A stretch of DNA of 62,145 nt, filler included, from Porpidia crustulata (lineage: Eukaryota), in NCBI GenBank assembly GCA_964255105.1. It is 12 parts of 12 records of this genome, joined end to end, with 100 filler letters (N's around TTAATTAATTAA, not from the genome) between each part and the next. Parts side by side here need not be neighbours in the genome. Positions count along the whole stretch, not along the records: positions 10,401 to 15,499 come from CAXUWE010001908.1; positions 15,600 to 20,697 come from CAXUWE010001909.1; positions 20,798 to 25,893 come from CAXUWE010001910.1; 9 more parts are not named here. One strand, written 5' to 3'. Positions within the stretch are counted from its first letter, which is position 1. Each line of letters starts with the position of its first letter. Positions 13,157 to 24,996 of this stretch are shown here, in pieces. The notes beneath the pieces are model-generated. The model saw only the letters and a list, made by a program, of their open reading frames with translations, ran no database searches and was not told the origin of the DNA. A program made the translations under genes and the position numbers.

Positions 13157-14314
13157 TCATATATTTTCCTTTACAATTGTCGGTAGAAGTCTATCTTCAA
13201 ATCGCCGCATCAGCTTGTTTGTTTGCTCCGCCAAGCTCAGAGTCAAGATCGTGTGTGGCAATATCCGCGCAAGGTGTGCGAAGTAGCCCTTATATATGGC
13301 AAGGATTCCTTCTTTCCTGACTGTTTTGACAAGACAGTCGAATGCTCCACTGTACAGGTTTCCAGTCTGATTGTACATCCGCGACATTATGGTGTCTGAC
13401 ATCAATGAGGTCAGCGAATCGAATCATGTTGTAACCTCGGGACTGCTTACCAGGTGGGTGCATCACACAGCAGACAACGAAACCACTGGCGGCACTACTC
13501 GCCAAGTGCAACGCAGGCCCTTCGCTCATTCCGAGATGTCGGACTAGCCTTCGTTTTGCAAAGAAGTATGTCGGCAGCTGCACACTGCTTCCGAACCCCG
13601 TCCGGACCATGGCTGCCCCGACACCTCGATAAAGGCCTTTGATACCTTCGCTACCACTAATTTTCCGTAATCCGTCGTAGGCATTCTTGTACCCATGCTG
13701 AGTGCCCACTGGCAGGAAAGGAGAATATGATTGCAAGCGTGTCTTAACCAGGAAGAAAGGCGATCCAGCTGCAGCGCCAAGAACGCCAGAGCTAGCACCT
13801 GAGAAAATATTTACACCCAGAGACTGAACATTTGCATCTTTAAAAACGGCGGTAGTTGCGGTCTTTCGCAAGGGCTCATAGAAACCTAAACGACATCCAT
13901 TGAGGATCATCTGGTATATATACTAGCCAGATCATCAGCTATGCGTGATCGTAGCAGTTTATTGAGAAGATCTTACTGCTGCTCCGATACCGCGGAATAA
14001 TCCTTTCGGCCCCTCGTTCTTGATTATAACGCTCACTCCATGGACGACGCCTCGATATAACCGTGGCGCATCTTTCTTCGATTGCATCTCGCCTTGAAGT
14101 TGCAATCTAGATGAGCCAAGCATTAATGTCCATTTGCCCATAGAATATGACATTTTACTGTACATACCGAATCTTGACCGTCTCGAAGGGATGCGTGACT
14201 GTGACTGCTCCGCAAGCAGCGATACCACCCGCTATGAAAGCCCTGTAGGAGCATTTATTAGTAGTCTATTGCCATATCGGGCGAGAATTTGAGCTACCCG
14301 AGCGTTGTTGACAT
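13157..14314 (-). CDS. OAC1: Mitochondrial oxaloacetate/sulfate carrier
   Basis: MSTTLG|AFIAGGIAACGAVTVTHPFETVKIR|LQLQGE; LNGCRLGFYEP, GSPFFLVKTRLQS, GSSVQLPTY, RILPHTILTL; three carrier PxD/E-type repeats. Confidence 0.93.
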
Positions 14315-14814
14315 ATTTATCGATATTATCAGAAGATACCGAGCAGCCGAAAATGAGGTCGCAGATTATCGTTCAGTCGTCAGACCCAGAATGATTGAGG
14401 CAGAGGCTTCGTGAAGCATGGTGATCGCTTTGATGAGACCTGACTGCTAGGAAGACTTGCGGTCGACGTTAGCAGTTGCGCAACTTGACGTGCTGACAGC
14501 TCAGTACATCTGTCAGTCTCAGAAAGTTCGTCGGAGCGTCGGAAGCTGAGAAATACGCCGAGAGAAAGCGGCCGGCTAATCTCTGCCCTGCATTAGCTGT
14601 CGATCGGCTCCAATTCCCGTTGATCCAAATCTGCGATGACGGGAAATCTATGTATTAAAACATCAGAAACGAAGAGCTTCATCATTCAGACAGCTTTGGT
14701 ACGAGGCATCTATGCTTGACAGCCCCCAGCGAAGTTCCACTTCATGCGAGCGATGAAGATATATTCACCTGCAGGATAACACCTGGAAGAGGAGGCTTAA
14801 AACTGCCTGCGCAG

Positions 14815-15499
14815 ATGGCTGGACCACTCGTTGTACCCCCGCCCCGTAAGCACCAACCATGGATAGAGCTTTCAGGATTGGGTCTCTAACCATTCGATCA
14901 GCCCCTGGAGGCCCTCAGCCTACACAGAAAACATCAGAGGTAGTTGGCACTCTGAGACCCACAAAGGTAGTCTCTTTTCCCCGGTACTTTCAATTAATAC
15001 TGACCGTCCCCAGCTCTTCAAACTCTCGAAACCAGAAACAACAGTCACATCCCTCGATTTCGATGACACGGGCGAATTTCTTCTCGCTGCCTGCTCTGAT
15101 GACTCCCTTCAGCTCTACAATGCCAAAGAAGGCAAACACATCAAAACCCTCCTTTCCCAAAAATATGGCTGCCACCTCGCCCGCTTTACCCATCACTCTC
15201 AATCCATCCTCTACGCCTCCACCAAACTCGATGACACCATCCGCTATCTCTCCACCCACGATAACCAATTCCTTCGCTACTTCAAAGGTCACTCCGCGCC
15301 TGTCACCACTATCACTCTCTGCCCCTCCAATGACACATTCCTCTCCTGCTCCCTCGACAACACTGTCCGCCTCTGGGACATCTCCACCTCGAACGCGACG
15401 GCGCGCCTAAACCTCAGCACCCCCTACCTCGCCGCTTACGACCCCTCGGCAACCGTCATCGCCATCGCCTCCGCCTCTACCGCCTCCATCCTCCTCTAC
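14815..15499 (+). CDS. SWD2: WD40 protein Swd2/WDR82 (COMPASS/CPF subunit), 3' truncated
   Basis: After splicing: VTSLDFDDTGEFLL, LLSQKYGCHLARFTH, IRYLSTHDNQFLRYFKGH, SCSLDNTVRLWD. The start is inferred from a phase-compatible gtaag..ctaac..cag intron. Confidence 0.9.
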
Positions 15500-15599
15500 N
15501 NNNNNNNNNNNNNNNNNNNNNNNNNNNNNNNNNNNNNNNNNNNTTAATTAATTAANNNNNNNNNNNNNNNNNNNNNNNNNNNNNNNNNNNNNNNNNNNN

Positions 15600-16325
15600 C
15601 TCAACAACCACACCTCCCTTCTCAGCCTTTGCAATATCCTCCTCACCAGCAAGCCTCCTCTCACCCGTCAGCGGATCCCACACCCACCCAATCCTCAACC
15701 ACCGCCAGCGCAAATACGCCCTCAATTCCTTATCGCCGGGGAGGACTCTCGCCCATTCACCCTTCATTTCCTCGGCTTTCTGATCGTCGGTCATGGTTGC
15801 GAAAGGGGGTGAAGTAGTGGGGAAGCCACGCAGATGATCGCGGCAGAAGATGCGCCAGCTGTCAATGGCGTAGGCGCCTATGCCTGGGAGATGGCCGACT
15901 TCCCATGCTACGCGCTCGTCGTCTTCGGGAATGGGTTCGTGGTCGGCGGGGATGTTTTTGCCGTTGTTGCGGCTGGGGTAGTGTAGGCGGCGGTATCTTT
16001 TCCCGATTGTGGGCGGGTCAGTAAGCCACGCTTTAGCAAGGGCGATACATTTTCTCGCCCTCTGATTTTGTAGCCCTAGGTGCTGGAAAAACTCAACGAT
16101 ATCCTCGAGCTCTGCTGAAGCGAGGGCTTGGGGAGTGGGGTAACGGGTCATGAGGGCGTGGTAGACGGGCATTGCCACGGCACCGCGGGTTTTGTTGAGG
16201 AATATAACGGCGATGAAGAGAGCGAATGGGGTATGTTGGAGGGATTCTTGGACAAGGCCAAAGGTTGGGGATGAGAGTGGGGGGAAAGGAATGAAGGAGA
16301 CTGGGTCTTTACGACGTTTTGTGGG
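15600..16325 (-). CDS. MBD4-like HhH-GPD (G/T mismatch) DNA glycosylase domain
   Basis: IPFPPLSSPTFGLVQESL...FIAVIFLNKTRG...YPTPQAL...LGLQNQRA...GHLPGIGAYAIDSWRIFC...VLPGDKELRAYLRW (HhH motif and catalytic-Asp motif); 3' truncated. Confidence 0.9.
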
Positions 16326-16414
16326 CTATTTGGAGAAGGAGGGGGAGATNNNNNNNNNNGGTCCCAGGCCTCGCGCACACCAACGCCCCGCGCCCCCGGG
16401 TTCGCGGGCGCTTG

Positions 16415-18508
16415 TCAGCCGGCGGGCCAGATTGTTGGATGTTTGGATTTGGATTTGGAGGATCGCTTGCTCTCTTTCTGTGACGGGACTTCAGACTTTG
16501 ATTCTATTTCATCCTTAATGCCTGGCGTTGGTGTTGTTGGGAAGGCTGGACTCGAAGGTGCACTGGATAGAGGACTTGAACCTAGACTCTGATGGTGGTT
16601 TTCGTATGACGGTGTGTCCTGTCTAACTTCTGGCGGCAATATTGGGAAAACAGGACTCGAGGGAGCACTAGACAATGGACTGCTCAGATTGCTGGATGTC
16701 ATACTTGTTTCACGGGAGTCTGGCGTCAGAATTGCCAATCCTTGTCTAGGTGATCTTGGCTCCAAATTTTGAAGTGCTGGCATGGAGTCATTTATCGACG
16801 TCCCCTCATCAGCGGCGGTCACACTTGCTGAATCATCGGAGACTGAAAATCCCGCTCTCTTGAGCGTGGAAGATCCGCTGACGGTACGGGCGGTTTTGAC
16901 TTCCGCTTTCTCTTGCTAACGGCTACTCCCTCCGTAATTTCTTCCCCTCCAGAGGTTTTCTTTTTTGTTTTCTTTATCGAGGGGCCGTCCGATTTTATGT
17001 CGTTTTGCTCGTCGATTTCCATCTCTTTACGTGCTCTTACCATCTCCTTTAAATCATCCCTCATCTCCTTGCTCGCTCCCTTGACTTTCCCTTGACTGTA
17101 CAGGTCAAGTCGATTCTCGTTAGTGATGTCCCTCAAAGTCCTCACGTCTGCGTCAAACGCAGCAGATTTTTGGGCTACTTCTTCTTTTTCTTCGCCACTC
17201 TTATTGACATCTTGACCGTGTTCATGAGGATCTTGCTCAATAGATTTCAAGAAATTTTCATGCGCCTCTGCTTCGGTTTTAGGGTCGTTTGGTCCTACTG
17301 TTGATGGCGATATTATGTTCTCGGCAGCATTGTCTTCTACATTCTGGTCAATATCTTTTGCTAACTCTTCGTGCTTGATTGAGCTATCCTGTGCTACGGA
17401 GCCGCCCTTAGCTGCTAATGCGTGGTTTGGTGCTGTGTCGCCCTTTGCTTCTGAATCAGTCATTGCTGCACGCTTTCTCAACTTCTTCTGCTTTCTTATG
17501 GCTCTTCTTTCCTCCTTGCTTTTCTCTTCGTCTACTGAAAGATGCTGCACAGTAGGAGAATCCTGTGCTTCCGGCCTGAACTCTTTACCAACGTTATCCA
17601 TTCTCACATTCAATTGCTCTACTTTGGCCGTTTTGCCGGAGTCTTTGGTGGGGCTTCTTTTCCGCTTTTGAGATTTCTTCTTGGGCTCACTAAAATTGGT
17701 ATCGGAGGGGCCGGCTTGAACTTGTTCAGCTGATCTCATATTTACAACGTCCGTTGTCCCAGTTGAAGGCGCGTCCTTGATCCACGTGGACGAAGTGGTG
17801 TTTGTTGCAGATAAGCTTTGCATGACCGTGTTTGCGTCGTCAACTTCGTCCCCTAGAGCAGAATTCTCGCTATCATATTCCTCTTCGCCACACATCCCTC
17901 GAGCCCTGATTATCTGCACATTTGCTTGCGCCTTCGTGAGATCTTGAGCCCGCGCAAAGTCGTAGATATCTCGCTCAAACTTCCTGCGCTCTGACGAGGT
18001 GTACTGAGAGAGAGATTGCTGAGTGAAGAAGGAGTGACGCCGGACAAAATGGTTTATTAATTGGCTCAATCGGGTGGATATGGTAGTGGGTTTAGATGCG
18101 CCCATGGCTGCTGTGTAGAGTATCAATTTGGTTTTCAGTCTGGTTCTAAATTACCATCGGAAGGCTCAACGAACCTTGTCCCTGATTCGCAGTAGGCAGT
18201 AATTCTACAGGTGTTGAATCAACATCCGTAAGCTTCTGGCCAGCAGGAGCAAGTTGCGACCAGAAAAGAAGCTCCTCCTGACTAACGTCCTTGACATCAA
18301 AGTCATCATACAGATTTGACTCGTCTTCATCGTCCGGCACGCAAGTCCCATGTGCCTTCGATAGAAAATCGATTCGCCGGCCTGGCTTCAACTCGGCTCT
18401 TAATCTCTGCACTGATCCGTTCTGATTGCTTACGGAGCGACTAAGTTGACTTGGCTTGCTAAGTGGAGGCGGTTTAGTAGGCGCAGCTTTGACTGGGTCG
18501 CCTACCAT
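16415..18508 (-). CDS. Long N-terminal region, probably of the same MBD4-like gene (frame change near 16850)
   Basis: ORF 18508-18146 can join ORF 18126-16819 through a phase-1 intron (caag|gttcgt..tacacag). That frame ends DFQSPMIQQV*, and the -1 frame continues as a Ser/Pro-rich ORF to the 10-N gap (16350-16359) just upstream of the glycosylase domain. Confidence 0.6.
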
Positions 18509-19758
18509 GTTTTCTCCAAGGTATGCTTAGTCCAGTCACGGGAGATGATAAATTGATCATGAACACAGTGGAAATTAAGGGTCTAACGAAAGAAAATTAC
18601 ACGATATTTTATAGGAAATGTTCTCGTCTAGATTCGTAGGGTTCATATTGCTGGCGCGACGAAGACACGCGACAGACGCGCGGGAGACGCGGATAGAGGA
18701 ATATTCAACTTGATACCATGGTCTCGATACGGATTTGGAAATCCAAAAGGGAGCTGATGTCATTGGGCGGTCGCAAGCCCACTGAAGATGGCTGCCAGAG
18801 TCGGCTGTGGTATTACTCTATGAAGGAACATCACATACAGAATTGCGACATTGCGACATGGCGATGTGACTACATATTAAAGCACTTGATGATTTATCTC
18901 ACCTCTTCACACGGACTCTTTATCCCCGTCCTCGTTCTTGCTGTGTTGGCATACCAGCACCCCATGGTGCTGATTTCCTTGGGTTGGTAATTTCCGGCCC
19001 TACCAGGCTAGCCTTACCCAGCTAGCCCTATCACATTCGCTTATTTAGCGCTAGTGGGACTGCAGAGTTTTACCTCTCCAGACCCCCTTTCGTACATACC
19101 ATCTGCATCAATATAAACCACATGTATGATCACCATAATAAATGCTTCATGTTGGCCAATTGCCTAATTGCTGCCACCTGATTCGCCAACATGCTGAACA
19201 AGGTTGTCTCAATCGAGGACAAGGATAAGAACCCCCTCTGCCTGCTAGGGTCTACATCTCGCGCGTCTGCTTCTGAATAAGAACCTTGATATCTTCGTTT
19301 CAATTCGAAAGAAACGGAATGAGACTATTTTAGAAGAGGAGATAGGAGAACCAAAAGCGCCGCAAGAGCTGATCTAAGATCAATGAATTATCATAGCAAG
19401 TAAGGTCTTCAGGATAACTGTGAGCCTAGAGTCCATCGAGAAGCCCTTAATCACACAAGAGACTGTAGTCTCTTTTGCGCATCCTTGGTAGTTAGTCAAA
19501 GAAACAATTTGTTCTTCTAGATTCTAGGCCATCAGACTTGGGATCCTTTACGCATCATCGACTCCACTCCCCTCAAATCAATATGTATCAAGCGACGTCT
19601 TAGAAGGGAACATTATTTGTGCCTTCCCTACTCTTATGTTATATATTTTTGTAGAGGGGCAAATTTCTCGCAAAGATAGCACATGTCGTTATACGCACTG
19701 CTCAGAAGCTTGTCAGCAACAATTCAAATCACTTGTACTCGACCGAGAATACTAACGT

Positions 19759-20480
19759 CTATCGCGTAATCTCCCCCGGGTATCCGCCCGAGTAATTGAG
19801 GTTATATTTCAAGCAATTGCGATCATCCCATTCCTGTATCGGCTCCGCGGCTTCATAGTTTTCCATGTAACTTCGTGAGTACACCTCTGCCTGAAAGATT
19901 TGACCCCATTGACATCTCCAGATACCGTGTTCCATTTCGTTGTGAGCATAGTATGATTCAGCATCGTAAAGAACCACGTCACCCGCCTCAAGCAGAGTGC
20001 CGAAATTACCTAGAAGTACAAGATCAGTACCCATGATAACGCAAGAGACTTTTAGCGACTGACCTTCCCAGCAGTCTCCATGGATCAAGCTAGGTTTTAG
20101 TTTGCGGCCATCGGCCTGTAGAATACCCAGCAGCCGCGGGAAAACACCAACAACGACCTGACCAGCTGCAGCCTCTAGCTTGAGTCATACCCCATTTACT
20201 TCTGTGTCGGGCTTGAGAACGCCGCGAAGAAGCTTGCCAAAGAAAGTCGCCCAACTCTTTTGCCAAGCTACAGTGTGCGGTGACTTGCCATCGCACGCCG
20301 TTACTTCGAACCCAAACATACCGTTCCACGAGCTGCTCAATCGAAGCAACTCGGCGACCCGCGCAGTGAACTTTGCTGGCTCAGGCGTCGACACATGTTG
20401 AGGAAATCAGACAAGAATAAGTACGTGTCTGGAGAACCAACTTTGTATTTTCCTCACCCATCCGGCACAGGTACCTGTCC
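19759..20480 (-). pseudogene. Fructosamine/ribulosamine 3-kinase pseudogene
   Basis: G*GKYKVGSPDTYLFLSDFL, FGFEVTACDG, WQKSWATFF, NGV*LKLE, LKPSLIHGDCWEG|N, YDAESYYAHNEME, EWDDRN. In-frame TGA at 20454-20456 and 20185-20187, plus a frameshift near 20395. Confidence 0.85.
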
Positions 20481-20797
20481 AGGTAGGAGGGAATGAATAT
20501 TTGTCATTGACGTGAGCTCTGCGAGCATCCTTATCTTGCTATGATCCTCGCTCGCACACTGGATGTCGAATTATTCTCAGATATGATCACCGATGTTAAG
20601 AATAAGGTTCGAGGATCACAGACCTTAAGGAAATATAGTTGAAGTTTGTTGAAAACAGAGCATCTAGGTCCTACGACTAGGTGTTCGGGGTGCTTACNNN
20701 NNNNNNNNNNNNNNNNNNNNNNNNNNNNNNNNNNNNNNNNNTTAATTAATTAANNNNNNNNNNNNNNNNNNNNNNNNNNNNNNNNNNNNNNNNNNNN

Positions 20798-22501
20798 CCT
20801 CCCACTCGGCTGCACGCTCGCCGGCGACGGCCTCAACCCGCCGCCGAAAATATCCTCCGCGATCCCCATCCCCAGCGGCACCCCGCCGACCGGGAACAGC
20901 TGGCCCGGGCGATCGCCGCGGGGGCCTAGGGTTTTGTAGCGGATGCTTTCGGGCATCTGGTAGGCGGTGGTGCCGTCGGCGTTGACGGTGGCGGAAGCGA
21001 GCACGTCCTTGGAGGCGAAGGCGTCGAAGCGCCAGTGGACGCCGAGGAAGACGCGGGAGAGGGCGGCGTCGAACATGGCGGCCCAGAGGGAGGAGAAGTG
21101 GCGGACGACGCGCGTGCGCACGGTGCCGAGTTGGGAGGTGATGGGGAGGGCTGGGTCGTAGGGCTGGCGGAGGTCGCGGTTGATGCCGTTGAGCTCGTCG
21201 GAGACGAAGTCGAAACCGATGCTGTCGGGTTCGTCGGGGGCGAAGGTGAGGTTGTCGCGTTTTTGGTAGTGGAGCCTGGCGGCCTGGAAGCCGGCGCCGG
21301 CGAAGGTGGCGTGGCCGGAGGGGTAGGAGGGAAAGGGCGGTTTGAAGGAGATTTGGTTGGTGTTTGTTTCTGGGGCCCCCAAGGAGAGCCAGAAAGGGTC
21401 GGCGATGGTGGAGCCGTCTTCGCGGACTCCGGAGAGGGGGCGCCAGAATTCGAAGCAGTACTTCTCTTGCCAGGCGAAGATGCCGGCATCGGCGAGGGCG
21501 ACGTTGAAGATGGCGAAGAGGCGGGCGAAGTCGGCGTTGGTGGAGTCGCTGGTTGCGTCGGCGGGCTTTTTGTCCCAGGCAATTTTGCGCAGGATCTGGT
21601 TGAAGAGACGGGGAGGGGTGCCCATCAGGTTGGAGCCGTCATACGCCCAGAAGAAGCCTGAGGTGGTCTGGTTGGGGGTTCGTTTGGTCGAAGGGAGAGT
21701 GGACGCACCACCTTCGCGGTAGACGTCGCTAAAAGCTGAGGCATACTCGTTTATGTCGTTGGTACCAAAGCCTACGGGAGGATCTGCAATGATATGCTCG
21801 GTAGGAACACCGTTTACGGTTCCCTGGACAGCCAAACGCTTCGCGGTCATTCCATAGAAAGGCGCATTGTATACCTTGACTGCCCTCTTGGGTCCATTTG
21901 GATTGTTCACATCCACAGGTACGATACGGACAGGGTTAGTAGGGTCATCATCGAACCTATATTTACCTGGACGGGGTTGGTAAGAGTCTTGGCTAAAGCC
22001 AATCTCTCCCGGCTTGATGTCCAGCAAGTTCAACATGGCATTGCCAACATCAACGCCAAATCTATAGCTTGAGGAAAGCGTGTCTGGTCTGAAAGTATTA
22101 ACCGCTTGCTGGATAAATTGGCTGAGCTGGTCAGTGGTAGTATTGGCGATGCTCGGGTTACGCGTGGTGTAAAGCTGAAGCAGGACGGTATTGGCTGCTC
22201 CTGCTACTGCCATTCGCGCATCCTTTGCACCAAGCACACTTGGCAGACGCGATACTGGGTCGGGATTGTTTGGTGTAAGATAAGTACTCACCACCCCATT
22301 CGGGTCGGGCTTGACAGAAAAGTAAGCGTCATGGATGGCAAGATGTAGTATCCCAAGGGCCCTGGCAGCCGAAGGTGGGCCGTTTTGCGGCCCTGACAAT
22401 GTAGTCACGAGTCTGTTCAAGTCCAAAGCAACGTTATTCCAGTAAAGGATATAGTTGGTATTATATTCAGTAGGTTCTTCTGTTGGTGGAAGGAAAACCA
22501 T
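20798..22501 (-). CDS. Vanadium-dependent chloroperoxidase (3' end slightly truncated)
   Basis: [93 protein letters not shown]; the vanadate-binding motifs are all present; no intron seen. Confidence 0.95.
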
Positions 22502-24079
22502 GATGAAGATTATCACGTAAAGTTCTTCGAAAACGAGATAGCTTTTCTTCGGCTTTTAGATAGTGTAAATTCAAATAATTCCAATGACTGTTGTGGTAGA
22601 TGGCCAAAATGAAGAGACTGAAATATCAGAGAATCGATGAATCCTTTATACGTTTGTCCCCTCGAGAGCATCGGATCATGCGACAGAAACATTTGAAGGA
22701 ATGTAAGATCAGATACGACTACAGTCCTAATGTATGCCTCGTATCTTTCAGCCAGAATCGTAAGACAGCCAGTAGGAGTGTCCAGGAGCAATTCTGTGTA
22801 CCCAATAACTTTGGCATTTCCGTCTAAAGGAACGTTGTAGGATGGAGGGTGGGGAGCAGCTGAGCGGTGGGTATGGAGATGTACTTCGCTCTCCGCCAGG
22901 AAGGTTGATTATAAAAGGAAGTGATCTTTCAAGCAGTTTTCTCCGCAAATTGCCACCAACTCACTGCTTTATCTGAATGTCGTCCTGATCTCTTTTTTCG
23001 TTGTATTAGTCAACCGTACAGTGACCAGATCTTCCTCTGCATAATCAATAGAAGTCAATTTGAACAACAAAGACCAAGTGAACACACGATACTTCACCAG
23101 CAGGACGTAGAACTAAGCGCGCATCTTCCTGCCAGTCACATTCTTGATAAGATGTCCAATGGCAAACAGAATACTCAAAGAACTTTGACGCCATGGTCTT
23201 TTGAGCATTGTTCAGAGATGGTGGGACCGAATGTAGCTACAAGCTGACATCGAAGAACGGTTCGCTGCCTAGAAAGCCCAGAATACCGTGAGAGAACAGA
23301 GGAGTAGAGTGTGCGAAAGCAAAAGATAATTGGTCGATTCCAACAATAGCTTCGCTTGGCAGGGAGATAAACATAGCGAGTACGAGAGGTGAGAAAGGTC
23401 GGAGCATAAGTCAATAAGGCTCTGCTGAGCATACGATTTATAGATAAGACCATCGTCGGCTACTCATCGTACGAGTCGGGCTATCTAAGCTGTAATGCCT
23501 TCGACCAATGCCTATCGTACATCACATCATGTGACTTGATCAGGAATTCCACATAGTATCCCGCAGGCTCAGCGGAAGGCTTCTAATATTCGAGAGTGGT
23601 ACTGCACTGAGGCTGCCTCAGCTGTAAGCCGGGTATTGCCGCAGGATGATATGAAGGGTGGGGGAATACGACTGCGTGAGCCGTGTTGACTAAATCTTTC
23701 GAAAATATGCCTCTCTTTGGACAACTCATGATGTGGAAAGCATGGCAAGACGGTTGATACTGTATCAAATCCCCAAGTCGAGTTGGTGTTCTCTCTTGAT
23801 AGTAGACAGCCGTGAAGCGTCAAATGCGGACAGATTTCCGGCGATATCCTCGCTTGAGACCGCTGGGTCCCTGCATTCAGCCCTATCAAAGATACCCCAG
23901 TGAGGGAAAGTTGATGACGTCAAACATTACAGATTTCATTCCCGCACACATGCACATTAAAGTACAATAAATAATCTTTTAATTCAACTTCAAAAGATTT
24001 CTGTTAATTATAAAGACAAGTACTGAGGTCCATTGCAATTTGCTATTGACTCTTCGTGCAACCTAATCCACCTTTTCAA

Positions 24080-24560
24080 ATGGCCGGCATTTTCAAGGTT
24101 CACCGCCGAAAGATAATCGCTGGCGGCGTGTTGGTTGGTTCGTGTCTGTCCATTCTTTTCCTATAGACCCTAACTTCCTCTCCTTTTAATAGACAGAAAC
24201 GAGCGCAAATTGACAGAATCTAACAGTGGGTGTCTACGCGCTTCCATCCCTCGGGCTAAACATATTTCACACTCCCGGTGTCGCAAATATTGAGAACCGA
24301 TACTCCTCAGGCGGAGGCTCGAAGCACCACACTCCCGGCGTAGCCACTAAAAGAGGAGATAGCGAACATGTAGTCGGAAGGACGATGAAAGACCAGGGGC
24401 CAAATAGTCCACAATGGCAAGGTCAGTAGGAAGTGCCTGCTCCGCCTGTGATTTCACATGCTAATGCGATCTAGAGAATATTGGAGGGCAGAAGCCTGAT
24501 CCGAGCGCGTTTGATAAACAGTGGAACAAGTCGCATTATGGATCGGAGAAGGGTAAATAA
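24080..24560 (+). CDS. Small 3-exon protein of unknown function with one N-terminal hydrophobic segment
   Basis: Phase-compatible introns give MAGIFKVHRRKIIAGGVLV|VGVYALPSLGLNIFHTPGVANIENRYSSGGGSKHHTPGVATKRGD...WQ|ENIGGQKPDPSAFDKQWNKSHYGSEKGK*. Confidence 0.75.
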
Positions 24561-24996
24561 TGGCAGTAATACACGAACTAGACTCTTATTGCTAGCATTA
24601 CGGTGCAAATAGCTGCATACATTGGCGCCGAAGGCTTGCTTTTCAAATTCTGGGTTAGAAGACATTGGGAAAATGGCAAGGCGCTAGATTGGGTGACGTG
24701 GGTCATACCAGCAGCATTGAACGGAAATCCGATATAGAAAAATTCCTCGACCTACCGTTTGTCGTGGGCAAGGTATCAACAGTATTGTCAAAATAGCAAG
24801 CTCGAGAGGCCTTGGACCGCTGAATTTCAATTGTGTCCACAATGGTTAAACGGCAAATCACCCAAGTGAAGCCTCCAGTTGTCAGACAAATTTGTATTGC
24901 GGTATCGTCCCCTTAAAGGAGATCAGCCTATTGCTAGTGAGAGCAGAGCCATCTAACTCGATGCTGAGTAATGGGCCAATGTCATGATGGCACTGA

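Noticed and set aside
10839..18508. RNR2, SWD2 and MBD4-like genes as a DNA-metabolism cluster
   Set aside because: The MBD4-like gene is across a linker, and the rest is ordinary housekeeping order.
20926..21722. Long alternative-frame and antisense ORFs over the chloroperoxidase (similarly over RNR2, the ABC gene and the oxidase)
   Set aside because: These are shadow ORFs expected from high-GC3 codon usage; they are low-complexity and lack motifs.
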